DNA of 64,000 bases from Clostridia bacterium. Lineage in GTDB: Bacteria; Bacillota; Clostridia; Oscillospirales; CAG-272. Position 1 is the stretch's first letter. Every line of letters begins with the position of its first letter. The translations under genes and the position numbers were made by a program. Positions 27,773 through 37,162 of this stretch are shown piece by piece. The notes below the pieces were generated by a model that worked only from the letters and a program-made list of their open reading frames with translations, searched no databases and was not told the DNA's origin. Location of the stretch: positions 68,749 through 132,748 of the forward strand of contig JAFVYZ010000021.1 of the NCBI GenBank assembly GCA_017508425.1, read 5' to 3'.

Positions 27773-28858
27773 TTTCTCCTGCTTTCGGCGCAAAGCACGC
27801 CGACGGCGGTTGATGTGTCGCTCAAACTCACCGCTGTGAAGAAGGTCGGCCAGCACCAGCTGCTCAAAGGTCGGGACTGTGCAGGAATAAAAGCCCACAC
27901 GGGATGAAAAAAGCGGCAGCAGCGAGGGGGGCAAGACCATATACGCCACACGCAATGACGCGGCCACGGTCTTGGTAAAGCTGTTCAAATAAATGACACG
28001 CTCCTCGCCGTCCTGCGAAAAGAGCGTATCCTCCATTTTAGCCGACACAGTGAACTCGGAGTCAAAGTCATCCTCCACAAGATACCCGTTTCGCTCGGAT
28101 ACAAAATCAAGGTAAGCGCGGCGCTTGGAGGCGGTCGCCGTCACGCCGCTGGGGAAGCTGTGGTAGGGCGTAACGTGAAGCACACTCGCACAGCTGCCGG
28201 CCAACGCCTCGGTCGTGATGCCCTCCTCCGCCATCGGAAGCCCCTCCACGGTGGCACCGCCCGCGCGATAGACCGCGCGTATTTTTTCATAGCAAGGATC
28301 CTCGGTCGCATAAATGCGCGAGGCACCGAGCATGCCGACCACAAGGCCGTAAAGATATTCCGCACCCGAGCCGACCACCACCTGGTCGGGGGTAACGTTC
28401 ATACCGCGACTGCGCGCAAGATACTGCGAAATGGCATGGCGCAAGGCAAAGCAGCCGCTTTGCGGCGAACGCGTCAGGATCTCCTCCCCGTAGTCCGCCA
28501 ACACGCGCCGCATGGTCCGCGCCAACACCGAAAAGGGTACCGCCCCCTCGTTTTCTCCGGTGTGGGGCACGTGTCTTGCTTTGATGGGCACGGGCGAAGG
28601 CGTCACAAATCCGTCATCGGCGCGGTAGATCACAAACGCACCGCTGCGCTCCTTGGTGCCGATATATCCCTCATCGGCCAAGATCGAAAGCGCATGCTCC
28701 ACCGTTACCACGCTGATACCAAGCTCCGAAGCGAGAAGCCGCTTGGAGGGGAGCTTGGTGCCAAGCGCATACACGCCCTCTACGATATCGCGGCGCAGCT
28801 GCTCGTACAATTGGATATACGCAGGCGTTTTTTTGCCCCCGTCTATGATGTATTGCAC
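27770..28858 (-). CDS. GntR/MocR-type regulator (wHTH + aminotransferase-like domain, short form)
   Basis: 'LPSKRLLASELGISVVTVEHALSIL' is a GntR wHTH. The fold-type-I-like region has 'NSFTKT' (the putative PLP lysine). Confidence 0.75.
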   Translation of the reverse strand: MQYIIDGGKKTPAYIQLYEQLRRDIVEGVYALGTKLPSKRLLASELGISVVTVEHALSILADEGYIGTKERSGAFVIYRADDGFVTPSPVPIKARHVPHTGENEGAVPFSVLARTMRRVLADYGEEILTRSPQSGCFALRHAISQYLARSRGMNVTPDQVVVGSGAEYLYGLVVGMLGASRIYATEDPCYEKIRAVYRAGGATVEGLPMAEEGITTEALAGSCASVLHVTPYHSFPSGVTATASKRRAYLDFVSERNGYLVEDDFDSEFTVSAKMEDTLFSQDGEERVIYLNSFTKTVAASLRVAYMVLPPSLLPLFSSRVGFYSCTVPTFEQLVLADLLHSGEFERHINRRRRALRRKQEK

Positions 28859-28891
28859 GCGCTCCCCTCCTTTCCTTCCATATCAAAAAAT

Positions 28892-29710
28892 TTACAGCTC
28901 GATCACGCGACCGTCGTGCGCCACGCAAAAGCCCTGCCCTCTTACCAATTTTTCAAGACGGCTTTGCAGAGGATTGATGCCGTGCGAGAAATGGTTCAAC
29001 ACGTGGATCGTTTTTTCGTTCACCGCGCCGATCTCCAAAAGACGCGCACGCACACGGGTAATATTTTCAATGCCCATGTGTCCGCCCGTGTCGGCCACAA
29101 ACTTGTCGCCGTAGGCACAGTCGTAGCTAACCATATCAAGCACAATGCCGTTGCCCTTCAAATAGTCAAACACCTCATCCAAAAAATACCCGGTATCGTG
29201 TGCGTAAAGCACCTTTTTCTCCCCGTCGTCAATGAGGTACATGAGTGCGCCCTCGTTCTCGCCCATGTGGCGTGCCGGCAGGGCGGTCACGCGATATTCC
29301 TCCAGATCCACCACGTCAAAGGGCTTCAGTTCTGTGACCTCAACGGTTTCCGTGGCAAAGGGGGCCATGAGCTCGGCGGCACCGTGGCTGCCGAATACAC
29401 GCAAAACGGGCTGCTCCATTTCCTTGGCGCAGGGGTGGCGGTGGCATCCCAGCTCCTGGGGATAGCAATGATCCTTGTGCGAGTGCGTCACAAAAAGATA
29501 CTTGATCTTGTGACCCTCAATGCCGCACTGTAAAAAGTGGTGCAGAGTGTCGGCAGGCAGATCGATCAAAAGATCCTCATTGACCAAAGCCTGCGTACGC
29601 GTACGGATGTTAACGCCACCGAGCCTGCGCGCCGCGGCGCAATTTTTACAATTGCAAAAAACTGCGGGAAAGCCCTCGACAGACGAGGTCCCAAGATACG
29701 TGAATTTCAT
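28892..29710 (-). CDS. MBL-fold metallo-hydrolase
   Basis: 'FVTHSHKDH' (HxHxDH-type motif). 272 aa. Confidence 0.75.
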   Translation of the reverse strand: MKFTYLGTSSVEGFPAVFCNCKNCAAARRLGGVNIRTRTQALVNEDLLIDLPADTLHHFLQCGIEGHKIKYLFVTHSHKDHCYPQELGCHRHPCAKEMEQPVLRVFGSHGAAELMAPFATETVEVTELKPFDVVDLEEYRVTALPARHMGENEGALMYLIDDGEKKVLYAHDTGYFLDEVFDYLKGNGIVLDMVSYDCAYGDKFVADTGGHMGIENITRVRARLLEIGAVNEKTIHVLNHFSHGINPLQSRLEKLVRGQGFCVAHDGRVIEL

Positions 29711-29770
29711 AGCTGTACTCCTTTTACGGGTTTTCTTTCATTATAATTCATTTTTATTTCCGTGTCAATA

Positions 29771-29811
29771 AAAACAAAAGATCGCCCTGTCGCAACATGC
29801 GACAGGGCGAT
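29771..29811 (-). terminator. rho-independent terminator of the four-helix-bundle gene
   Basis: 13-bp stem atcgccctgtcgc/gcgacagggcgat. On the minus strand it is followed by 'cttttgtttt'. Confidence 0.8.
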
Positions 29812-29986
29812 GGTTTGCTTGGGATAAAAGCGAAATAAATTACAAGAGTTTTGCGGCAATATCATCAAAGAATAATTATTTTTTGAAAAATGTACCCACA
29901 ATATCATCGCATATAAGCATCTTACCACCCATACAATAAAGCCTCCAACCATGTCGAATGTAAGATATCAAACCAATCAAACTTCA

Positions 29987-30343
29987 TCAAATCTGTTTTT
30001 TCTTTAATGTTGTAACTGTTGAAACAAGCATTCTGCGAAGCTCAACACATTCTTTTTGAAAGGTGTCAAATTTCTCTTTTGATATGCAATCTGTTTCATA
30101 CAATAATTCAAGCCAATATTCGCTCTCGTTACATTCTTTTAGAGCAATTTCAAACTTTGAAATAAAGTCCTTTGTTCCTTGTGCATACTGTGCTTCATGA
30201 ATGTTGGCACCGACAGATGTTCCGCAGCGGAGAAGCTGATTTATCAGAGCACCTTCAACGCCGTTTTGCTTTAATACTCGACAAAGAAATACGATGCTTT
30301 TGGCAAATTCTTTGGATCTGTTTCTTAATACGCTGTCTGCCAT
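29987..30343 (-). CDS. four-helix-bundle protein (TIGR02436 / 23S rRNA-intervening-sequence protein family, Avd-like)
   Basis: 118-aa AT-rich ORF. 'QLLRCGTSVGANIHEAQ' and 'ALKECNESEYWLELL' match the family pattern as I remember it. Confidence 0.75.
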   Translation of the reverse strand: MADSVLRNRSKEFAKSIVFLCRVLKQNGVEGALINQLLRCGTSVGANIHEAQYAQGTKDFISKFEIALKECNESEYWLELLYETDCISKEKFDTFQKECVELRRMLVSTVTTLKKKQI

Positions 30344-30374
30344 TTGCTCTCCAAAAGAAAATTTTTAGTTTAGA

Positions 30375-30543
30375 GTTATGAATTTGGCTTCGTCAAATGT
30401 TATGAGTTTGCTTCGCAAACGTTATGATATGATCGCCGTGTTACTTCAAGCTGTGCCGAAGGCACATCATAACTTGCCGTAGGCAATCATAACTCATAAC
30501 TCGCCGCAGGCGATCATAGTTGAGTTTTGCATAGCAAAACTCA
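30375..30543. repeat. word-plus-hairpin palindromic array (GTTATGA x3 / TCATAAC x3-4 with interleaved tri-loop hairpins)
   Basis: GTTATGA at 30375, 30399 and 30421. TCATAAC at 30467, 30487 and 30494, plus a degenerate copy at 30514. Hairpins at 30382-30398, 30406-30420, 30453-30465, 30474-30486, 30501-30513 and 30521-30543. Confidence 0.85.
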
Positions 30544-31548
30544 CTCCCACTCGATCGTGCCGGTGGGTTTGGGAGTGAGGTCATAGAGAACTCTATTGAT
30601 GCCTTCCACCTCATTCGTAATACGAGCCACGATCTTATGGAGCACCGCGTAGGGGATCTCCTCAACGGTGGCGGTCATCGCGTCCTTGGTATTGACGGCA
30701 CGAATGATCGCGGGCCAGCCCTCGTAACGGCTGTCGTCCTTCACGCCCACGCTCTTGATATCCGGGATCGCTATGAAATACTGCCAAGTCTTTTCGGAAA
30801 GACCGCAGAGGGCAAACTCCTCACGCAGGATCGCATCGGCCTCGCGAAGCGCGTGCAAACGGTCACGGGTGATGGCGCCAAGGCAACGAACACCGAGACC
30901 GGGACCGGGGAAGGGCTGACGGTACACCATGGCGTGCGGCAGGCCCAATGCCTCGCCGACCACGCGCACCTCATCCTTAAACAACAGCTTTACGGGCTCA
31001 ACGAGCTCAAACTTGAGGTCCTCGGGAAGACCGCCCACGTTGTGGTGCGATTTCACGGCCTTTTTGCCCTCGGCCTGCTTAATGCTCTCCAAAATATCGG
31101 GATAAATGGTGCCCTGTGCCAGGAACTCCACGCCCTCGAGCTTTCTTGCCTCGTCGGCAAAGACCTCAATGAATTCCTTGCCAATGATCTTTCTCTTGCT
31201 TTCAGGATCGCTCACCCCTGCCAGCAGGTCAAGGAAGCGGTCGGTTGCATCAATATAAACAAGGTTCGCGTCAAGAGCCTTGCCGAAGATCTCAATGACC
31301 TGCTCGCTCTCGCCCTTGCGCATCAGGCCATGGTTGACGTGTACGCAAACAAGCTGCTTGCCGATCGCCTTAATAAGGAGTGCGGCAACCACGGAGGAAT
31401 CCACGCCGCCCGAAAGTGCAAGAAGCACCTTTTTATCGCCCACCTGAGCGCGTACGGCCGCAACCTGCTCTTCAATAAAGCGGTCAGCCAGCTCCTTGGT
31501 GGTAATGCGGATCATATCGTCGGGTCTTTTGTTCAAATCTACTGCCAT
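30541..31548 (-). CDS. guaA: GMP synthase ATP-pyrophosphatase/dimerisation part only (no glutamine amidotransferase domain)
   Basis: Start at ATG 31548 (GGAG RBS). The PP-loop '[11 protein letters not shown]' lies about 45 aa from the N-terminus. The C-terminal '...KPTGTIEWE' is typical of GuaA. Confidence 0.85.
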   Translation of the reverse strand: MAVDLNKRPDDMIRITTKELADRFIEEQVAAVRAQVGDKKVLLALSGGVDSSVVAALLIKAIGKQLVCVHVNHGLMRKGESEQVIEIFGKALDANLVYIDATDRFLDLLAGVSDPESKRKIIGKEFIEVFADEARKLEGVEFLAQGTIYPDILESIKQAEGKKAVKSHHNVGGLPEDLKFELVEPVKLLFKDEVRVVGEALGLPHAMVYRQPFPGPGLGVRCLGAITRDRLHALREADAILREEFALCGLSEKTWQYFIAIPDIKSVGVKDDSRYEGWPAIIRAVNTKDAMTATVEEIPYAVLHKIVARITNEVEGINRVLYDLTPKPTGTIEWE

Positions 31549-31679
31549 AATTTTTTCTCCTTGCTTTGGGTACACCGATCTCACAGATCGTATGCTTTAT
31601 TATAACACCCCTCACACACGCGCGCAAGTACTTTTTTCCATTTTTTTGATTTTTTTACACAGTAAAACCATCAATAAGA

Positions 31680-31709
31680 TTGACAAAAAGCCACCAAAAA
31701 GAGTATAAT
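31680..31709 (+). promoter_or_regulatory. sigma-A-type promoter
   Basis: TTGACA (31680-31685), 18 nt spacer, TATAAT (31704-31709). Confidence 0.6.
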
Positions 31710-31744
31710 AAATTTGTATTTTGAAAAAGGGGGGGAGCTTTGCC

Positions 31745-32779
31745 GTGAACGCGATCATCACCAATGAAGAATATCGCCGGAAGATCGGACAAGCGGCAGG
31801 TCGCGCGTTCCTCTTTTTCGGGCCTGAGGATTACCTAAAGCTTGCGGCCCTGCGCGACACACGTGCCGCCCTTTGCCCCGATGAGGCGATGGCGTTTTTC
31901 AATGACGTTACCATAGATTTTATCAACTACACGCCCGAAAAGCTCCTGGACGCCATGACGGCTCCCCCGATGATGAGCGACGCCAAGCTGATCGTGCTGC
32001 GCGACTTTGATTTCACCTCGATGAGGTCCTCCGAGATCGATGCCTTGCTTGAAACGCTCTCAAGGCTCGATGAATTTGACTACAACTGCATCATCCTCTA
32101 CACCGCCGAGGGAATGATCGACGAGGGGGCCTCCCCAAAACGCCCCTCCGCGATCTTAAAGCGACTGGCGGAGGTCCTCACCCCTGTGCAGTTTTTATCC
32201 CCCTCCGACGCGCGCCTTGCGCGCTGGGCCGGCAAGCATTTTCAGCATCACGGTGTAACTGCGCCCCCGGAGGTGTGTGCCGCACTGGTGGATCACGCCG
32301 GGAAATCCATGTTCATCCTTGCAAACGAAATTGAAAAGCTGAGCGCATACGTTCTCGAGCACGGGCGGCGCGAGGTGACGGTCGGGGACATCCGACAGGT
32401 TGCGGTTCCGGTCGTGCTGCCCGATGCCTTTGCCCTATCAAACGCCATTCTCGCCGGCGACGGCAAGGCCGCCCTCGCCGCCCTTGCGGTGATGAAGTTT
32501 CAACGCGTTGAGCCCACCGTGATCCTCGGTGAGATCGCGCGCATTTTCTCGGACATGCAGGGTGTGCGCGTCCTGCTCGACGCGGGAAAAAGCACAAAAG
32601 AAGCGGCAACGGTGCTGAAAATTCATGAATTCAGGGTCACACTGCTCGCCAAATCCCTCTCGCACACCACACCCCGACGCTTTGCCAAGCTTGCGGAGCT
32701 TTTGGCCGCCACCGATATGCAGCTCAAAAGCACCTACGCCGATTACGGACCGATCGAGCGCCTCATTGCGGCTCTTTGA
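31745..32779 (+). CDS. holA: DNA polymerase III delta subunit
   Basis: About 344 aa counted from GTG 31745 (G-rich RBS). The HolA-like N-terminus is 'RAFLFFGPEDYL'. Assignment is by overall resemblance only. Confidence 0.65.
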   Translation: MNAIITNEEYRRKIGQAAGRAFLFFGPEDYLKLAALRDTRAALCPDEAMAFFNDVTIDFINYTPEKLLDAMTAPPMMSDAKLIVLRDFDFTSMRSSEIDALLETLSRLDEFDYNCIILYTAEGMIDEGASPKRPSAILKRLAEVLTPVQFLSPSDARLARWAGKHFQHHGVTAPPEVCAALVDHAGKSMFILANEIEKLSAYVLEHGRREVTVGDIRQVAVPVVLPDAFALSNAILAGDGKAALAALAVMKFQRVEPTVILGEIARIFSDMQGVRVLLDAGKSTKEAATVLKIHEFRVTLLAKSLSHTTPRRFAKLAELLAATDMQLKSTYADYGPIERLIAAL

Positions 32780-32800
32780 CGGGAAGTGCATTCCAAACGG

Positions 32801-32828
32801 TTGACATTTTCAAAAAGCCGTGTATAAT
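32801..32828 (+). promoter_or_regulatory. extended -10 sigma-A promoter
   Basis: TTGACA (32801-32806), 16 nt spacer, TG-TATAAT (32821-32828). Confidence 0.65.
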
Positions 32829-32867
32829 AAATATGAGTTATTATGACATTAACATAAAGGAGTACTT

Positions 32868-33422
32868 ATGAAATCCTACAAAATGAACATCGCGGGTCTT
32901 GACCGCGACCTGCCTCTTTGCCCCCTGAACGACGAGCTCTCGATCGGTGCCTTTGTGATCTTCGGTGACCCTGAGCTCACCACCGCGTGCGCACAGGCCC
33001 TGCTGGACCGCGCCCCCGAATACGACTACCTCATTTCGGCTGAGGCAAAGGGCATCCCGCTTGTGCACGAGATGGCACGTCTTGCCGGCAACCAAAGGTA
33101 CATGTTGGCCCGCAAGTCCCCCAAGCTCTATATGACAGGGGTGCTTGAGGTAACCGTACGCTCGATCACCACCGCCAAGGAGCAAAAGCTCTACCTTGAT
33201 ACCGCCGATGCCGAGCTGATGCGCGGCAAGCGCATCCTCATTGTGGATGACGTGATCTCGACGGGTGCATCGCTCCACGCCGTGGAGGAATTGGTCAAGG
33301 AGGCCGGCGGCCTGATTTGTGGCCGTATGGCCGTGCTTGCCGAGGGCGACGCGCAAAACCGTGACGATATCATTTATCTTGAAAAACTGCCGCTTTTCAA
33401 CGCAAACGGCGACGCGATCTAA
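32868..33422 (+). CDS. phosphoribosyltransferase family protein (purine PRT-like)
   Basis: PRPP-binding motif 'RILIVDDVISTGAS'. Confidence 0.7.
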   Translation: MKSYKMNIAGLDRDLPLCPLNDELSIGAFVIFGDPELTTACAQALLDRAPEYDYLISAEAKGIPLVHEMARLAGNQRYMLARKSPKLYMTGVLEVTVRSITTAKEQKLYLDTADAELMRGKRILIVDDVISTGASLHAVEELVKEAGGLICGRMAVLAEGDAQNRDDIIYLEKLPLFNANGDAI

Positions 33423-33433
33423 AGGAGCAACCC

Positions 33434-35224
33434 ATGGCTGAATTTTTAACCGCACAAGACAAACGCACCCATTATTGCGGCACCGTGACCGAGCAGGATA
33501 TCGGCAAAACGGTATCGGTAATGGGCTGGGTACAGCGTCAACGCGACCTTGGCGCACTCATCTTTATCGACCTGCGCGACCGCACGGGTCTTTTGCAGCT
33601 GGCCTTTGATGACTCCACCGACAAGGCCATATTCGACAAGGCCTTTTCCTGCCGTGCCGAATACGTGATCGCCGTGCACGGTACGGTCCGCGCCCGCGGC
33701 GAAGGGGCGATCAACCCCAACCTCAAAACAGGCAAGGTCGAGGTGTACGTTACCGAGATGAAGATCCTCTCGGCCGCCCAGACCCCTCCCTTTGAAATTT
33801 CCGACAGCAAGCGCGTGAAGGATGAAACGGCTCTGAAATACCGCTATCTTGATCTGCGCCGCCCCGAGCTTCAACGAAACATCCGCATGCGCCACGAGCT
33901 CGCGCGCGTAGCACGTGAGTATTACTACGAAAACGGGTTCATGGAGATCGAAACACCCATGATGATCAAGGCGACCCCCGAGGGCGCACGCGATTATCTC
34001 GTGCCCTCCCGTGTGCACAAGGGCAGCTTTTACGCCCTGCCCCAGTCGCCCCAAATCTACAAGCAGCTTTTGATGCTCTCGGGCTTTGACCGCTACATCC
34101 AGCTCGCACGTTGCTTCCGCGACGAGGACCTGCGCGCCGACCGCCAGCCCGAATTTACCCAGATCGACCTTGAAATGTCCTTTGCCACGCAAGAGGACAT
34201 TATGGAAATGAACGAGGGCTTTATCGTTCGCGCCTTCCGTGAGCTGCTTGGCATTGAGTTGAAAACACCCTTCCCCCGTATGACCTATGGGGAGGCCATG
34301 GAGCGCTTTGGCAGCGACAAGCCCGACACGCGCTTTGGTATGGAGATCATCGATATTTCAAAGGCCGTGAAAGACTGCGGCTTTGCGGTCTTTAGCGGCG
34401 CTTGCGCCAACGGTGGCAGTGTGCGTGGCATCGTTGCCAAGGGTGCTGCGGCAACCCTCTCACGCAAGGAGATCGATAAGCTGACCGAACACGCCAAGGG
34501 CATTGGCGCCAAGGGTCTTGCCTATATCCGTTGGGTCGAGGACACCCCCAATATGTCCTTTGCCAAGTTCCTCACCGAGGAGGAGCAAAAGGCAGTTATC
34601 GCCGCACTTGGTGTTGAAAAAGGCGACGTTGCGCTCATTGTTGCCGATAAAAACCGTGTGGTTCTGCCTACGCTCGGAGCCCTTCGCAATTTGCTCGGCA
34701 AAAAGCTGGAGCTCATCCCCGAGGGGGCCTTCAATTTCCTGTGGATCACCGAGTTCCCCTTCTTTGAGTGGAATGAGGAAACCGGCACCTGGGATGCGAT
34801 GCACCACCCCTTCACCATGCCGATGGAGGAGTGCCTGCCCACCCTTGAAAGCGATCCCGGCAGCGTGCGTGCCAAGGCGTATGATATGGTTCTCAACGGC
34901 ACCGAGCTGCTTTCGGGCTCGATCCGCATCACCGACTGGCAGCTGCAAGAGAAGATGTTTGCGGCGCTGGGTCTCACCGCCGAGGATATCGAGCGTAAGT
35001 TCGGGTTCCTGGTTGACGCCTACAAGTACGGCGCACCGCCCCACGGTGGCTCCGGTATGGGTCTTGACCGCCTGGCCATGGTCATGGCGGGGGCTGACTC
35101 CTTGCGTGACGTGATCGCCTTCCCGAAGGTGCAAAACGCCAGCGAGCTGATGTCGGGCTGCCCCGCCCCCGCCGACCCCAAGGCGCTGGCGGATCTCAGC
35201 ATCACCGTCATTGACGGAGAATAA
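33434..35224 (+). CDS. aspS: aspartate--tRNA ligase
   Basis: 596 aa. 'FRDEDLRADRQPEFTQIDLEMSF', 'GGSGMGLDRL', and a GAD insertion domain. Confidence 0.95.
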   Translation: MAEFLTAQDKRTHYCGTVTEQDIGKTVSVMGWVQRQRDLGALIFIDLRDRTGLLQLAFDDSTDKAIFDKAFSCRAEYVIAVHGTVRARGEGAINPNLKTGKVEVYVTEMKILSAAQTPPFEISDSKRVKDETALKYRYLDLRRPELQRNIRMRHELARVAREYYYENGFMEIETPMMIKATPEGARDYLVPSRVHKGSFYALPQSPQIYKQLLMLSGFDRYIQLARCFRDEDLRADRQPEFTQIDLEMSFATQEDIMEMNEGFIVRAFRELLGIELKTPFPRMTYGEAMERFGSDKPDTRFGMEIIDISKAVKDCGFAVFSGACANGGSVRGIVAKGAAATLSRKEIDKLTEHAKGIGAKGLAYIRWVEDTPNMSFAKFLTEEEQKAVIAALGVEKGDVALIVADKNRVVLPTLGALRNLLGKKLELIPEGAFNFLWITEFPFFEWNEETGTWDAMHHPFTMPMEECLPTLESDPGSVRAKAYDMVLNGTELLSGSIRITDWQLQEKMFAALGLTAEDIERKFGFLVDAYKYGAPPHGGSGMGLDRLAMVMAGADSLRDVIAFPKVQNASELMSGCPAPADPKALADLSITVIDGE

Positions 35225-35233
35225 CCATAAAAT

Positions 35234-35268
35234 AAAAAAGGAGAGAACCGACGGTTCTCTCCTTTTTT
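35234..35268. terminator. bidirectional rho-independent terminator
   Basis: A-run, stem ggagagaacc/ggttctctcc, T6, between aspS and mscS. Confidence 0.85.
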
Positions 35269-35278
35269 ATGTCAGAAA

Positions 35279-36094
35279 TTATTGCTTCACGTGCACGTCA
35301 AGCTGCGGGAAGGGGATGTCGATGCCCTTTTCGGTGAAGGCCTCGTAAAGCTCCTCATTGAGGTCGAAGTTCACGTTCCAATAGTCGTCGCCCTTCAGCC
35401 ACACGCGCACGGTAAAGATAAGGGCGCTGTCGCCCTGCTCCTTGAGGCGCACCACGGGGACCGGATCCTCAAAGATCTCCTCGTGACGGGAAACGACCTC
35501 CAGCACCGTCTCTTTTACCTTGGCAATTTCAGTACCGTATGCAGCCGTAACGACAAGATCGAGGCGGCGCGTGCCCTTGGTCGAATAATTGATGATGTTT
35601 TCGCTCGTCACGTTGCCGTTGGGGAGAACGATCACCTTATTATCCCCCGTTCTCAGCTTGGTTGAAAAAATCGTGATTGTCTCCACCGTGCCGCCTACGC
35701 CGCCGATCTCCACGTAATCGCCCTCCTCAAAGGGCTTGGTGATCACCAAAGTAATGCCCGAGGCAAGGTTGGTCACCACGCCCTGCACCGCAAGTGAAAG
35801 GGCGAGCGTCAGTACGCTGAATATGGCCACGAGTGAAGTGGTATCGACGCCCAGCATCGAAAGCAAAATGATCACGTAAACGGCAAGCAAGGCAATCCTC
35901 ACCAGGGACGTGAGAAAATTGCCCGTTGCGCCCTTGAGCTTGGAGCGATTGATGGCGCGCGCAAAAATTCGCCCGACCAGGCGTACCACCACGTACCCAA
36001 TCACCAAGATCAAAAGGAAGCGCAGGATCCTTGCCCAGTTGCTCGTTGCCGTGCCCAGCACGGTATTTAAAAACCGATCAAAAAATTCTTTCAT
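35279..36094 (-). CDS. mscS: small-conductance mechanosensitive channel
   Basis: Three N-terminal TM segments plus 'PFEEGDYVEIGGVGGTVETITIFSTKLRTGDNKVIVLPNG'. Confidence 0.85.
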   Translation of the reverse strand: MKEFFDRFLNTVLGTATSNWARILRFLLILVIGYVVVRLVGRIFARAINRSKLKGATGNFLTSLVRIALLAVYVIILLSMLGVDTTSLVAIFSVLTLALSLAVQGVVTNLASGITLVITKPFEEGDYVEIGGVGGTVETITIFSTKLRTGDNKVIVLPNGNVTSENIINYSTKGTRRLDLVVTAAYGTEIAKVKETVLEVVSRHEEIFEDPVPVVRLKEQGDSALIFTVRVWLKGDDYWNVNFDLNEELYEAFTEKGIDIPFPQLDVHVKQ

Positions 36095-36115
36095 TCTACA
36101 GTTCCTTTCAAAAGT

Positions 36116-37144
36116 TTATTCGTGCGAAAAAACCGCATTTTCCACCCCGATGGGGATGCTCTCACCGCACAAAAGTGAAAAATAACACACACCGTTCTTC
36201 AAAATTCCTGCCACACGCAGGTTTCCAAGCGCAAGATAAAGCACCGGCTTTTGCCCGACGATCTGCTGCAAATTCGGCACCGACTCGGAAAAAGCCTCGC
36301 AAAGAAGGGGCTCATCCAATGCGCGGGCCAGCATGACGGCGGTGGCGCCGAGCGTGGCTTTCCCCTCACCCTCGGCGGCAAATACGTCCACGGTAACGGC
36401 TCCCTCAACACCAAGCCTTTTTAGCCTCTCGTTCACGCGCGCTTGAAATCCGCCCTCGCTGCCGTCCAAGGCAAACGCAAGACCGTTTAGCACGTGTACG
36501 TCTCCCGTGGCGATCCATTCCAGCACAAGTGCGTGTACCGTATAACGATTGCCGTTTCCGGCACCGCTGATCAGCGGCACCAAGGTCTCGGCGGAAAAAG
36601 CTGTCCCCTCTCGGGCAAGCTCATCGGTAATGGCAAGGGCCACGGCCAAGCGGCGTGCCAAGTGAGGCGATACCGAAAGGGAGTCCCCCACGTTATAGGT
36701 AAGCCGATGGGAAGCAGTGTCCGAAAGCAGCACACCGTCCACCCCATCGGGAGCTACCGTAACAGCCCCCTCAAGCGGAGTAAGCGCATAACGGGCAGGA
36801 ATCACATCGGTACGCTCCACCACGTATTCGCACACCGTGCAGGCACGGCGCGTATATCCTTCAGCCGACTCGGTCGGAGGGATCACGGTATCGGAAAACG
36901 CGTGCCTTCTTACCGAAATATCCTCCGGCACCGGGACGGTCTCAGTGACCGACTCGTGGCAAATTTTACAGTAACGCACCTCGGTCCCCTCGGCAATACA
37001 GCTGACCGGCGTAATATCGTATCGATTGCCAAACACGTGGTTGTGCTCTCCCTTTTCATAAAGAAAGGTCGTGCCCGTGTCTGCACAGGCGGTAAAAAGC
37101 AGAGAAAAAAGAAGCAACAGCAACAAAACTCTTGCTTTTCTCAT
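36116..37144 (-). CDS. lipoprotein with two CxxC pairs and a degenerate D-Ala-D-Ala carboxypeptidase (S11)-like C-terminal region
   Basis: Lipobox 'LLFTAC'. 'CKIC' and 'CTVC' are present. 'YTVHALVLEWIATGDVHVLNGLA...GGFQARVNERLKRLGV' resembles the S11 SGN-region, but with TGD in place of SGN. I saw no SxxK. Confidence 0.45.
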   Translation of the reverse strand: MRKARVLLLLLLFSLLFTACADTGTTFLYEKGEHNHVFGNRYDITPVSCIAEGTEVRYCKICHESVTETVPVPEDISVRRHAFSDTVIPPTESAEGYTRRACTVCEYVVERTDVIPARYALTPLEGAVTVAPDGVDGVLLSDTASHRLTYNVGDSLSVSPHLARRLAVALAITDELAREGTAFSAETLVPLISGAGNGNRYTVHALVLEWIATGDVHVLNGLAFALDGSEGGFQARVNERLKRLGVEGAVTVDVFAAEGEGKATLGATAVMLARALDEPLLCEAFSESVPNLQQIVGQKPVLYLALGNLRVAGILKNGVCYFSLLCGESIPIGVENAVFSHE

Positions 37145-37162
37145 ACCGTTTACCTCCTTTTC

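Noticed and set aside
27770-28858. MocR-type regulator looks ~100 aa shorter than typical members, suggesting possible truncation
   Set aside because: The ORF ends cleanly in a bidirectional terminator with no frameshifted continuation visible. Length variation alone is not evidence of a pseudogene.
29987-30343. Avd-like four-helix-bundle gene as evidence of a diversity-generating retroelement
   Set aside because: No reverse transcriptase ORF and no template/variable repeat pair are visible within the window. Members of this family are often solitary.
31549-31680. Purine/guanine riboswitch upstream of guaA, and T-box leaders upstream of serS and aspS
   Set aside because: The guaA leader after the TTGCGC-17-TATAAT promoter is only ~50 nt with one small hairpin. 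serS and aspS start 17 and 11 bp after the preceding genes, leaving no room for leaders.
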